NCBI GenBank assembly: GCA_043801585.1
Contig: JAZDLX010000115.1
Span: 66,785 to 130,784 of the forward strand
Direction: 5' to 3'
DNA length: 64,000 nucleotides
Source: a bacterium
Lineage (GTDB): Bacteria > Electryoneota > Electryoneia > Electryoneales > Electryoneaceae
The notes under the pieces were generated by a model. That model ran no database searches, was not told where the DNA came from, and was given only the letters and a program-made list of their open reading frames with translations. The position numbers and the translations under genes are program-made. Numbering within the stretch: the stretch's first letter is position 1; each line of letters starts with the position of its first letter. This document shows, piece after piece, positions 9,605 through 18,918 of the stretch.

Positions 9605-11221
9605 ATGGCAAATATGTTCGGAACGATCGGTGAGCGATTCGCCAACGTCTTCGTCAACATGTCCTCCAGCCAGAAGCTGACGATGATCATCGTTGTCGTT
9701 GTCGGCCTGGCAGGGATCATCGGTGTGGTCCACTGGGCGAGCAGCCCGGACTACGTACCGCTGTTCTCGAATCTACCCCCCGAAGACGCTGGGAAAATCG
9801 TTGACTGGCTGACAGAAAACAACATCCCCTACAGGCTGGAACAGAACGGAGAGCGGATCCTCGTGCCACGGGGAAATCAGTACAACGCCCGTATTCAGCT
9901 TGCGGAAGAGGGACTGCCAAGCCAGCGTTCTACAGGGTATGAGATTTTCGACAAGACCAACCTGGGGATGAGCGAATTTGTTCAGAAGCTGAACTTCCGC
10001 CGAGCCCTGGAAGGCGAACTTTCACGGACCATCGAGACAATCGACCAGGTCAGTGAAGCTCGGGTTCACATCGTGATTCCTGAACCTGCGCTGTTCAGAG
10101 AGAAAGAGAAACAGCCCACAGCCTCTGTCGCCCTGAAACTCTCCAGCAAGCTGAACGACAACCAGGTTTCCGGAATTGCCCACCTGATTGCATCATCCGT
10201 GGAAGGACTTGAAACGTCGAACATCACCATCATCGACACTCGCGGAAACGTTCTCTCGAATTTGACCAACAGTGATCCGTTGATGGCGATGACCACGACC
10301 CAGATACAATTGAAACAGAACCTCGAGCAGAATCTGACTGATAAGGTCTCCACGATGCTGGACCGCCTGCTCGGAACGGACAAATCGATCGTGCGCGTGT
10401 CGGTAGATATGGATTTCACCAAGAGCGATGTCACCAGCGAAATCTATGATCCGGATCAGACAGCGGTACGGTCGGAAGAAATCGTTGAAAACACCCATCA
10501 GCAGCAAGATCAGAACCAAGTCAACCCTGTTGATCCCTCTCAACCTCCGCTTGGTCAGAGTGACGTTGCGAACGAATCCAATACGATTACGAACTACGAA
10601 GTTTCCAAGACCGTTACCAGTACATCGACGCAAGGCGGTACTGTCAAGCGTATCTCCGCATCCGTTGTCGTGGATGGTGTCTACGAACCGGCGACACAAA
10701 CCGGTGGAGGAGCAGGAGAGCTGCAATACCGCGACCGCACGACACAGGAACTCGGAGCCATCCAAAACGTCGTTCAGGGGGCGCTTGGCTACGACGAAAC
10801 CCGTGGAGATCAGCTGTCCGTGATCACCATGGCGTTCCAGGAGCCTGCGGATGTGATGCCAAAACCGAGTTTCTGGGATTGGCTGCGCAACACCGGCCCG
10901 ATTGTCCTGCGCAATCTGCTGTTAGGTGGCGCAGTCATCGGCTTGCTGTTTTATTTGCGCAACCTGTTGCAACGCACCGGCCAGGCAGCACGCGAGTCCT
11001 GGGAGCGCCGTCTTGCCGCGCTTCCATCCGGGCGTGGAGCTTTGCCCGGTGCGATTGGTGGATTGGAGGAACGCCTCGCGTTGCCTGACATCGACAGCGA
11101 GCTTCCACCCGAAGTCGTGGAAGCGAACCAGCTTCAGGAACAGATCATCGACTTCGCAACGGAAAAACCCGAAGTGGCCGCACGTCTGCTGAAGTCGTGG
11201 CTGGTCGAAACGCCGAGCTAA
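9605..11221 (+). CDS. fliF: Flagellar MS-ring protein FliF
   Basis: N-terminal TM, YVPLFSNL, GYEIFDK, RALEGELSRTI, ARVHIVIP, TNYEVSKT, C-terminal PEVAARLLKSWL. Confidence 0.97.
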   Translation: MANMFGTIGERFANVFVNMSSSQKLTMIIVVVVGLAGIIGVVHWASSPDYVPLFSNLPPEDAGKIVDWLTENNIPYRLEQNGERILVPRGNQYNARIQLAEEGLPSQRSTGYEIFDKTNLGMSEFVQKLNFRRALEGELSRTIETIDQVSEARVHIVIPEPALFREKEKQPTASVALKLSSKLNDNQVSGIAHLIASSVEGLETSNITIIDTRGNVLSNLTNSDPLMAMTTTQIQLKQNLEQNLTDKVSTMLDRLLGTDKSIVRVSVDMDFTKSDVTSEIYDPDQTAVRSEEIVENTHQQQDQNQVNPVDPSQPPLGQSDVANESNTITNYEVSKTVTSTSTQGGTVKRISASVVVDGVYEPATQTGGGAGELQYRDRTTQELGAIQNVVQGALGYDETRGDQLSVITMAFQEPADVMPKPSFWDWLRNTGPIVLRNLLLGGAVIGLLFYLRNLLQRTGQAARESWERRLAALPSGRGALPGAIGGLEERLALPDIDSELPPEVVEANQLQEQIIDFATEKPEVAARLLKSWLVETPS

Positions 11222-11231
11222 GGAGCTGACA

Positions 11232-12248
11232 GTGAATAGAGCGAAATCGTCAGTGGAAAAGATGCCGGGGATGAAAAAAGCAGCGGTCTTCATGGTCGCC
11301 CTCGGCACACAGGCTTCGGCGGAAATCTACAAGTTTCTGACTGAAGCTGAAGTAGAGCGCCTGACGCGAGAAATCGCACGCCTGGAAGGTGTGCCGAGCA
11401 GCGTGCTGCACGAGGTGAATCAGGAATTTCACCAGATGATCCTTGCCCAGCACTACATCGCGGCTGGCGGCCTCAATTATGCTCAGGAAGTCCTCGAAGC
11501 GGCGTTGGGCGAAGCGAAGGCGATGGAAATCATCAAGCGTGTTCAGCGTGCGCTGCAGGTCAAGGGATTCAACGTTCTGCAGAACGTGGACACGAATCAG
11601 CTTCTCGCGTTCCTCCAGAAAGAGCATCCGCAGACCATCGCCCTCGTGCTGACCCAGTTGAATCCGGTGCAGGCGGCAAACGTGCTGACGGATCTCAGCC
11701 CTCAGTTGCAGGTGGACGTGATGTACCGCCTTGCGCAAATGGAGCGTGTCAGCCCCGAGACGATCAGCGCCGTCGAGCGGGTTCTCGAATCCCGCATCGA
11801 CTTCACCAGCGGTGCGAGCAAGCTGGGCGGCATCCAGACCGCCGCGGACATCCTGAACCTGGTCGGACAGCGGTTTGAGAAAAACATTCTCGCCGGCATC
11901 GCGAAAGAAAATCCGGACCTTGCCGCCGAGATCAAGAACCTCATGTTCGTGTTCGAGGATGTTATCAACCTCGACGACCGTTCGATCCAGAAAGTGCTTC
12001 GCGAAGTGGACAACAAGGAACTCGCCATGGCGCTTAAAGCGTCCAGCGAGGAGCTCAAGTCGAAGATCCTTGCGAACATGTCCCGCCGCGCCGCGGAGAT
12101 GGTCGAGGAAGAGCTTTCGTACATGGGTCCCGTAAGGCTGCGTGAAGTTGAAGAAGTGCAGCAGCGGGTTATCGACGTGATTCGCCGCCTGGAAGATGAA
12201 GGTCAGATTGTCATCGGACACGGCGCCGCAGAGGAGCAGATGGTATAG
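11232..12248 (+). CDS. fliG: Flagellar motor switch protein FliG
   Basis: KAAVFMVALG, EHPQTIALVL, MFVFED, NMSRRAAEM, GPVRLREVEE. Confidence 0.98.
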   Translation: MNRAKSSVEKMPGMKKAAVFMVALGTQASAEIYKFLTEAEVERLTREIARLEGVPSSVLHEVNQEFHQMILAQHYIAAGGLNYAQEVLEAALGEAKAMEIIKRVQRALQVKGFNVLQNVDTNQLLAFLQKEHPQTIALVLTQLNPVQAANVLTDLSPQLQVDVMYRLAQMERVSPETISAVERVLESRIDFTSGASKLGGIQTAADILNLVGQRFEKNILAGIAKENPDLAAEIKNLMFVFEDVINLDDRSIQKVLREVDNKELAMALKASSEELKSKILANMSRRAAEMVEEELSYMGPVRLREVEEVQQRVIDVIRRLEDEGQIVIGHGAAEEQMV

Positions 12249-12250
12249 CC

Positions 12251-13114
12251 ATGAGCGCCTATTTCAAGCCTGAAGAGAAGGCGCGCGAGCTTGAGAAGAG
12301 GACGCGGGATCGGCGGGAGAAAATGCTGCCACGTGCCCGTGTCATTCGCGGAGGCCTGGACATCGAGGACAATTCCGAGGAAATCCGGAAACTCCTCGAG
12401 AGTCTGCAGCCGCGTGCGGTTGTTCGTGGCCGGGTTAACCTGGACGAATCAGGAGAGAAAGCGGGAGTGGGTCTCAGCTACACTCCCGAGTACTACGGAC
12501 TTTCCAAGGTGGAAACGGTCGAAGAAATGCAGGAACGCCACCGGAGCGAAATCGAGACGCTGCGTTCCGAAATCGAGCGCCGCGAGAAAGAAGCATACGA
12601 TCGAGGATTCGGAGAAGGGCGTTCAAAGGGACACGAGGAAGGAGTAGGAGAGGTCAAGGAAGAGTTTGAGAAACACGTTGAATTGCTCCTCTCCATGCTC
12701 AAATCGACCGCGGAACAGACAAAACACTATTTCGTCGATGTTGAAGAGCGATTGGTTGAATTTGCGATGCACATCGCACGGCGGATCGTCGGCGATTCCG
12801 CTGAACACTATCGCGAAGTCGCTGTCAAACTTGCAGGTGAGGCGATCAAGCAGGCCACGGACCGTACCACAGTGATCCTCCGCTGCAACTCGAACGATGT
12901 TCAACAATTGGAAGCGGCCAAGGGGGATCTGCTGGCAATCAGCGAGGGCATTCGAGAAATCGAGATCATTCCCTCGCCGCGCATTGAGAGCGGCGGGGTG
13001 ATCCTCGAGACGGCAAGCGGTTCCATCGATGCCACCATTGGAACGATGCTCAACGAATTGCATCAGGCACTTTTACCGGACCATATGACGAGTGAGGGGG
13101 AGGGCAGCGCATGA
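12251..13114 (+). CDS. fliH: Flagellar export ATPase regulator FliH
   Basis: AxxxGxxxGxxxGxxxG repeats ([17 protein letters not shown]), [16 protein letters not shown]; lies between fliG and fliI. Confidence 0.92.
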   Translation: MSAYFKPEEKARELEKRTRDRREKMLPRARVIRGGLDIEDNSEEIRKLLESLQPRAVVRGRVNLDESGEKAGVGLSYTPEYYGLSKVETVEEMQERHRSEIETLRSEIERREKEAYDRGFGEGRSKGHEEGVGEVKEEFEKHVELLLSMLKSTAEQTKHYFVDVEERLVEFAMHIARRIVGDSAEHYREVAVKLAGEAIKQATDRTTVILRCNSNDVQQLEAAKGDLLAISEGIREIEIIPSPRIESGGVILETASGSIDATIGTMLNELHQALLPDHMTSEGEGSA

Positions 13115-14448
13115 TGCCGAATGTGTCCGCACCCCCGGCTGAAGCCGCATTTGCCCGATACGAGGAACGGCTCGCGCGGGCGATGCCGGTTGTTCCTCGC
13201 GGAAGGGTTACGCGGGTGATCGGGCTTGTCATCGAGTCCACGGGGCCTGACACCTCGATTGGTGACATCTGTGAAGTTCTGGACCGTCACAGCCGACTCT
13301 GCGGCATGGCGGAAGTGGTGGGTTTTCGCGATCATCAGGTGCTGTTGATGCCCCTGGGTTCCATCGAAGGAATCCATCCCGGCAGCGTCGTTCGCAGTTT
13401 GCGGCGGCCGTTTACGGTGGGTGTGGGTGAGAATATCCTTGGCCGGGTGATTGACGGCCTGGGGCAACCGCTTGACGATGAAGGCCCGCTGCATATTGTT
13501 GCCCAGGTTCCCGTGGTCGCAATGCCGCCGCATCCATTAAAGCGCCAGCGGATCACCGAACCTCTCGAACTGGGGATTCGATCCATCGATGGACTGCTGA
13601 CCTGCGGAAAGGGGCAGCGTTTCGGCGTCTTTGCCGGTTCCGGTGTCGGCAAGAGCCTTCTGATGGGTATGGTCTCCCGTAACACCGCCGCCGAGGTCAA
13701 TGTCATCGCCCTGATCGGAGAACGTGGGCGAGAGGTGCGTGATTTCATCGAGCGAGACCTCGGTGTGGAAGGATTGAAGCGCAGTGTCGTCGTCGTTGTC
13801 ACGTCGGATCAGCCGGCGTTGATCCGGATCAAGGGAGCGATGCTGGCGACGGCGATTGCGGAGTATTTCCGGGATCTCGGCAAAGACGTACTATTCCTGA
13901 TGGACTCCGTAACCCGGCTTGCCATGGCGCAACGTGAAATCGGACTTGCTATTGGGGAGCCCCCGACAACCCGGGGATATACCCCGAGCGTCTTCGCACT
14001 CCTGCCGAAACTTCTGGAGCGTGCAGGCAGATCCGAAACGGGTTCGATCACGGCGCTGTACACCGTGCTTGTGGAAGGCGACGACATGAACGAACCCGTC
14101 GCCGATGCCGTGCGTTCGATCCTTGACGGGCATATCGTGCTGTCGCGAAAACTGACGGCGGAAAACCACTACCCCGCTGTCGATGTCCTCGAAAGCATCA
14201 GTCGTGTGATGTACGATGTGACGCCAAAGGATTACCGGGACGCGGCGAAACGGGTGCTGGCGGATATGGCAATCTATCGGGAAAATGAGGACCTGATCAA
14301 CATCGGCGCCTACAAGAAAGGCACCAATTCGCGCATCGACCGTGCAATTTCCAAACACGGCGATATCCGCAGTTTTCTTGTGCAGGACATCGAAGAACAT
14401 GGAAAGATGGAAGAAGCCTGGGAACAGGTCAAGAAGTTGGCTGACTGA
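13111..14448 (+). CDS. fliI: Flagellar export ATPase FliI
   Basis: [55 protein letters not shown]. Confidence 0.98.
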   Translation: MMPNVSAPPAEAAFARYEERLARAMPVVPRGRVTRVIGLVIESTGPDTSIGDICEVLDRHSRLCGMAEVVGFRDHQVLLMPLGSIEGIHPGSVVRSLRRPFTVGVGENILGRVIDGLGQPLDDEGPLHIVAQVPVVAMPPHPLKRQRITEPLELGIRSIDGLLTCGKGQRFGVFAGSGVGKSLLMGMVSRNTAAEVNVIALIGERGREVRDFIERDLGVEGLKRSVVVVVTSDQPALIRIKGAMLATAIAEYFRDLGKDVLFLMDSVTRLAMAQREIGLAIGEPPTTRGYTPSVFALLPKLLERAGRSETGSITALYTVLVEGDDMNEPVADAVRSILDGHIVLSRKLTAENHYPAVDVLESISRVMYDVTPKDYRDAAKRVLADMAIYRENEDLINIGAYKKGTNSRIDRAISKHGDIRSFLVQDIEEHGKMEEAWEQVKKLAD

Positions 14449-14481
14449 CCGTGATTTTCACGGACGAGGGTAGATGACGCG

Positions 14482-14943
14482 ATGAAAAAATTCACCTTTC
14501 GACTGCAACGATTGATGGACGCGAAACGGGGTGAAGAGCGTTTGCGCCAGCGCGATCTGGGCATCGAACAGCAGAAGCTTTCCGATGAGGAAATCAAGCT
14601 GCAGAAGCTGTCGGACGACCTGAAGCAGGTGTACCAGGAGCAGCGTGAAAAGTTGAAGAAGGGAACGAGGGTCGGGGATCTGTTGCTGAGTCATCAGTGG
14701 CAGCGCAACCTTCGAACCAGAATTCGCGGTCAGACAAAAGAGGTTGAAAAACAGGAATCACGAGTCGAAACAGCTCGAGAAGTACTCGTCGATGTAAGTC
14801 GCGAGAAGAAGGTGCTGGAAAAGCTCCGTGAACGTCGAAAAGATGAGCATCAGCACCAGGTGAACACAGAAACGCAGAACCAGCTTGATGATATTGGCGC
14901 CCGGCTCCATCGCCGGAGAAAGTCTTCATCATCGGAGTCATAG
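14482..14943 (+). CDS. fliJ: Flagellar export protein FliJ
   Basis: MKKFTFRLQRLM start, coiled coil, EKKVLEKLRE...QLDD. Confidence 0.92.
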   Translation: MKKFTFRLQRLMDAKRGEERLRQRDLGIEQQKLSDEEIKLQKLSDDLKQVYQEQREKLKKGTRVGDLLLSHQWQRNLRTRIRGQTKEVEKQESRVETAREVLVDVSREKKVLEKLRERRKDEHQHQVNTETQNQLDDIGARLHRRRKSSSSES

Positions 14944-14975
14944 GCCGCCGGCGATGGCGGGCGAGGGGATGAAAG

Positions 14976-15608
14976 ATGGATCGGAAGAAACAACAAGCCC
15001 TGTTCGGACTGGTGATCTTCGGATACCTTGCGTTTTTCCTGGCGAATTACGTGTACCTCAGGAGCACCATCAAATGGCCTGAGGTCCCGCAGGATTCGTT
15101 GGGCGTCGAACAGCAGGAAGAGAAGCTCGATGAACTGCAGCTGACCTGGGATATTTCCGGTGAAAAGGGTCCTCCGAAAGAGATCAGTCAGAAAGAAAAA
15201 GAGGATACGGAACGTCAGCGTGGGCGCCAGGAAGCATTGGGTATTGCCGACAGTGTGGCCTTTGAGACTGCGCTTCCGATTAAAGGCGAGATTTCGCAGA
15301 CCCAGCAGAATCTGGAGCAGACTCAGGATCATGTAAAAGAGCTGGAGCGGCTGATCTCGTTGCTGGCTTCACAGGCTGACAGCGTCGACCAGGAGCACGC
15401 CAGGCGGCTGTCCAAGATCGTTGAGGCCATGAAACCGGCAGATGCCGCCGCTGTCATGAACCGCCTGAACAACCGGACAAACGCCGAACTGCTGCTGTCG
15501 ATGAAACAGCGTCAGGCGGCGAAAATCCTGGCGGCGATGCCCAAGGATCGTGCGGCGGAGGTTGCCAGATACCTTTCGCGGGCGTATGCGAGGAGTTCGA
15601 TCCTATGA
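14976..15608 (+). CDS. MotE/YlxF/FlbB-like flagellar protein (TM + coiled coil + MgtE-N-like helical domain)
   Basis: LSKIVEAMKPADAAAVM...MKQRQAAKILAAMPKDRAAEV; canonical position between fliJ and fliK. Confidence 0.85.
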   Translation: MDRKKQQALFGLVIFGYLAFFLANYVYLRSTIKWPEVPQDSLGVEQQEEKLDELQLTWDISGEKGPPKEISQKEKEDTERQRGRQEALGIADSVAFETALPIKGEISQTQQNLEQTQDHVKELERLISLLASQADSVDQEHARRLSKIVEAMKPADAAAVMNRLNNRTNAELLLSMKQRQAAKILAAMPKDRAAEVARYLSRAYARSSIL

Positions 15609-17371
15609 GCGAAACTGTTCAATCCCAGGGTTATAACGTCTCGGTTGAGGCATCCCGGCAATCCTCATCGGCGGTCGGCCGCAGCAATACCGCGGGGACA
15701 CGCTTCGTGGATATCTTCCGGCGTCTGCTCGGCCGTGGAAGCAAACGGCCCGTGGCCTATGTCCGCACCGGCAAGGAAGTGTCGTTCGAGAATATCCCCT
15801 TCGTCGATTCGAGTGGTTCCCGCTTGAAGATTGCCAGGAATTCCGATGGGGAGACGGTCATCAGCAGAAAGGGCCGCCTCGGCACAAGCAGTAAAACGGT
15901 GGACGCCGTTCTGCGCCGCGAAAAAGCGCTCTCTGGCAACCAGGGCGTTTCACGAGCAATTCCGCAATTCCGCTCCCGAGCTTACAAACACCTGAAAGAG
16001 ACGGAGGATCTGCGGAACGGTATTATCACCGGCGATCTCGAAACGCCGGGCAATAGCTCATCTCGACTCCTCAAGAAGTTGAAAGCCGAGCAGGAGAAGG
16101 ATGGTGTGGCTGTGGACGCTGCCTGGCTGGAGCAGGTGAAACAGCACCTCAACCGCACCAAGAGCAGCGGCGCCGCGAATCTGAAAGCTGCGGCAGCCGC
16201 ACTGAAGGGCGCGGATGGGAAAAAGGATGTCGAAGAGCTTGCCGATCCCCGCCGTCCAAGGGTGACGAAATATGCTCCGAAGCGTGTGATCGCCGAGGAA
16301 ACGGATCATCTTGTCAGCACACGCAAGGGGAAAGCAAACGGCAAAGCTTCTGTCGAAGACGATGAAATCACCGCGTTGAAGGAAGCTGCAAAGAAGTCCG
16401 TCGATAAAACCGTGAATGCTGGCCGGGAAGTTGTGCAACGGATCTCGATTCAGAAAGAGAAACCCGTTGTGGCTCCGGGGGAATCTGAGAGTCGCAGTCT
16501 GCAGATTGTCCGTCAATTGAAGAAGAACACCAACGGAACTTCCGCCGAGACAAATGATTCTCAGACCACCCATGTCCGCAAAAGCGTGGATGATATGCAG
16601 GCCAAGGGCTGGCGCGTTCACACACCGATCAACCAGCGTTCCCATAAGCAGACGGAAAACGCGACTGGCGATGCATTGCGTGGAGACAGACGTGTCGAAC
16701 AATCGCCAAAGAAAGACGCTGGTCAAACCACGAATGAAACGGGACAGCAGTTGAAGAAAGAGCAGGACGATTCTGCCAAGCCGAGCGATCTTGCCCGTGT
16801 TCAGGCGTCATCCGGATCGTCCGTCCCGCGATCCAATCCCCAGAATGGTACGAACGGCACTCAGCACACTCAATCGCAGATCCCGTCAGCAAGCCAGGAA
16901 GCCTCGAAGGGATTGCAGAATCTGGATCAATTGCTTGCCCGGATGGAGACCAGCGCCCGCGTGCTGACAGGCAACGGACAGACGACGATGATCGTGCGCC
17001 TGTATCCACCCGAACTCGGTTCACTCAGCGTGAGGATTCGCGAGTCGAATGGCAAGTATAATGTGACGATGGATGCCGAGAACGAGAAGGCTGTCCGGGC
17101 CATTGAGAAGCAGATCCCGGTGATCCGGGAACATCTGAACAACCGGGGCATCCAAGTTGATCAGATTCAGGTCAGACAGGGCGGCGAGCAGGAGGCCGAC
17201 AGTTTCGCGAACACATTTGATCAACGTGAGGATAGCGAGCGTTCCGTGCGCAAAGGTCGGCCGAGGGGACACGGAATCGCCGGTTCCGAGGTCGAAGAAA
17301 CACAGGTATCGGCTTCGAATCAACGTACGAAACTTCAACTCGGCACGAACACAATGGAAGAAGTAGGTTAA
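15605..17371 (+). CDS. fliK: Flagellar hook-length control protein FliK
   Basis: Long low-complexity N-terminus; C-terminal IVRLYPPELGSLSVRI...IREHLNNRGIQV domain; precedes flgD. Confidence 0.92.
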   Translation: MSETVQSQGYNVSVEASRQSSSAVGRSNTAGTRFVDIFRRLLGRGSKRPVAYVRTGKEVSFENIPFVDSSGSRLKIARNSDGETVISRKGRLGTSSKTVDAVLRREKALSGNQGVSRAIPQFRSRAYKHLKETEDLRNGIITGDLETPGNSSSRLLKKLKAEQEKDGVAVDAAWLEQVKQHLNRTKSSGAANLKAAAAALKGADGKKDVEELADPRRPRVTKYAPKRVIAEETDHLVSTRKGKANGKASVEDDEITALKEAAKKSVDKTVNAGREVVQRISIQKEKPVVAPGESESRSLQIVRQLKKNTNGTSAETNDSQTTHVRKSVDDMQAKGWRVHTPINQRSHKQTENATGDALRGDRRVEQSPKKDAGQTTNETGQQLKKEQDDSAKPSDLARVQASSGSSVPRSNPQNGTNGTQHTQSQIPSASQEASKGLQNLDQLLARMETSARVLTGNGQTTMIVRLYPPELGSLSVRIRESNGKYNVTMDAENEKAVRAIEKQIPVIREHLNNRGIQVDQIQVRQGGEQEADSFANTFDQREDSERSVRKGRPRGHGIAGSEVEETQVSASNQRTKLQLGTNTMEEVG

Positions 17372-17376
17372 TTCCG

Positions 17377-17395
17377 TACGGCAAGCTTTGCCGTA
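17377..17395. promoter_or_regulatory. Perfect inverted repeat, putative enhancer site for the flgD promoter
   Basis: TACGGCAA-GCT-TTGCCGTA. Confidence 0.6.
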
Positions 17396-17446
17396 AGGAT
17401 TCCAGTTTTAAGGGGCGAATCCTTAGTAATGGAACGGATTTAGGGG

Positions 17447-17462
17447 TGGCATACGCTTTGCT
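17447..17462 (+). promoter_or_regulatory. sigma54 promoter of the flgD-flgE operon
   Basis: TGGCATACGCTTTGCT, GG-N10-GC spacing. Confidence 0.85.
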
Positions 17463-17571
17463 GAAAACTTCAAGTGGTACTCCAGAAATCATGGAGGTAT
17501 CACAATAAAGATACATCAAACGTTCCTCCGCCGGGCGACGTCCCGGCTCAACAACGAAAGGAGTCCAGAAA

Positions 17572-18342
17572 ATGGCTGAATTCCAATCCATTACAGGGTT
17601 GGTAGGCCGGCTTCCGACGACGTTCGACACCGAACCAGCACAAGGTGAGATTGACAAAAACGGTTTCCTGAAACTTCTGCTGACACAAATGCAGAATCAG
17701 GATCCGCTTTCGCCGATGGATTCGACGGATTACGCCGCGAATCTGGCACAGTTTTCCAGCCTGGAGCAGTTGCAGAACCTGAATACCTCGTTGGACCAGG
17801 GTCTTCAGGCGGATGTGCTGCTCGCACAATCAATCAATAACACGATGGCAGCAAATCTGATCGGCAAGGATGTCAAGGCCTATGGCGATTCAGTGCATCT
17901 CGCCAACGGCAACGCGAACACTGTCGCTTTTGATCTTACTTCCTTTACGGACAAAGTTGAATTTACTGTGAAGGATGCCAGCGGCAATGTCATTCGCACC
18001 GATACGCTTACCAATCTTACGGAAGGTGAACACACCTATGTGTGGGATGGTAAGGACGACCGTGGCAACAACGTCATGGATGGCACGTACACTGTCAAAG
18101 CCAACATCGTCAATGATGATGGAACGGAATCCGCTCTGGAGACCTTTATCGTTGGTCTCGTGGATGCGGTTCGTTATGAATCAACGGGTGCGATTCTTGT
18201 CGTCGATGGTCTGAACATCGGCTTCGGTGACGTTCTGGAGCTTCGCGAACCGAGCTCGACGGAAGATTCGTCAGCCAGCACTACCAGCAGCTATAAGAAC
18301 GTCTTCAATTCAATCATGTCGACACTTGGACTCAACTTGTGA
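17572..18342 (+). CDS. flgD: Flagellar hook capping protein FlgD
   Basis: FLKLLLTQMQNQDPLSPMD, LAQFSSLEQL, WDGKDDRG...DGTY Ig-like domain. Confidence 0.97.
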   Translation: MAEFQSITGLVGRLPTTFDTEPAQGEIDKNGFLKLLLTQMQNQDPLSPMDSTDYAANLAQFSSLEQLQNLNTSLDQGLQADVLLAQSINNTMAANLIGKDVKAYGDSVHLANGNANTVAFDLTSFTDKVEFTVKDASGNVIRTDTLTNLTEGEHTYVWDGKDDRGNNVMDGTYTVKANIVNDDGTESALETFIVGLVDAVRYESTGAILVVDGLNIGFGDVLELREPSSTEDSSASTTSSYKNVFNSIMSTLGLNL

Positions 18343-18350
18343 GGGATGAG

Positions 18351-18755
18351 ATGGACTGGGACACACAGCGTATTCAAGCTCAACTCGACGGTGTCGGACC
18401 TGTCCGACCCGGCGGGGGGGCTACCCGGCCCAAATCCGCCCGTGAAGCCGGCGATGAATTTCGCCTTGCTTTGGATCGTGCACGCCAGGATGGAAAAGCA
18501 CCTGATGTGACTTTTTCCGCACACGCCGCTGAACGATTGATGCAGCGTGGCATCACCCTGGATGGAAGCGATCTGAAGAAGATCAGCGACGGTCTCGATC
18601 GCGCTTCTGAAAAAGGCGCAAAGGATTCGTTGATGCTGCTCCGGGACCTGGCCCTCGTCGTCAGTGTCGAAAACAGAACGGTGGTCACGGCTCTTCAGGG
18701 CGAAAGCGCACGGGAGAGTGTCTTCACACAGATTGATAGTGCAATTCTGTTGTAG
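18351..18755 (+). CDS. TIGR02530-type flagellar operon protein of unknown function
   Basis: FSAHAAERLMQRGI, KGAKDSL, VVSVENRTVVTA, VFTQIDSA; located between flgD and flgE (alternative GTG start at 18339). Confidence 0.88.
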   Translation: MDWDTQRIQAQLDGVGPVRPGGGATRPKSAREAGDEFRLALDRARQDGKAPDVTFSAHAAERLMQRGITLDGSDLKKISDGLDRASEKGAKDSLMLLRDLALVVSVENRTVVTALQGESARESVFTQIDSAILL

Positions 18756-18780
18756 GCGTTTTTGGGACCTTTGACAACAA

Positions 18781-18918
18781 CAACCATGGTTGGGATAAGG
18801 CTGGACCTCATTGAGGAGGCCTTCGGCTTCGCCAAACGACAGAGGCGACGTCCCGGAGAAACCGGATTCCCACTATGGTAACATCCGCTGAAAAGCGGGA
18901 AGTGGGAGGAATCCTTTT
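18781..18918 (+). ncRNA. Putative structured cis-regulatory leader RNA of flgE
   Basis: Consecutive stem-loops, two with GNRA tetraloops; closing helix GGATTCCCACT/AGTGG(GAG)GAATCC covers the SD. Confidence 0.6.

Noticed and set aside
18781..18918. flgE leader as a known c-di-GMP-I/II riboswitch or tRNA
   Set aside because: I could not match the c-di-GMP aptamer consensus or a cloverleaf with T/D loops by eye; an Rfam scan is needed, so it is left as an unassigned structure
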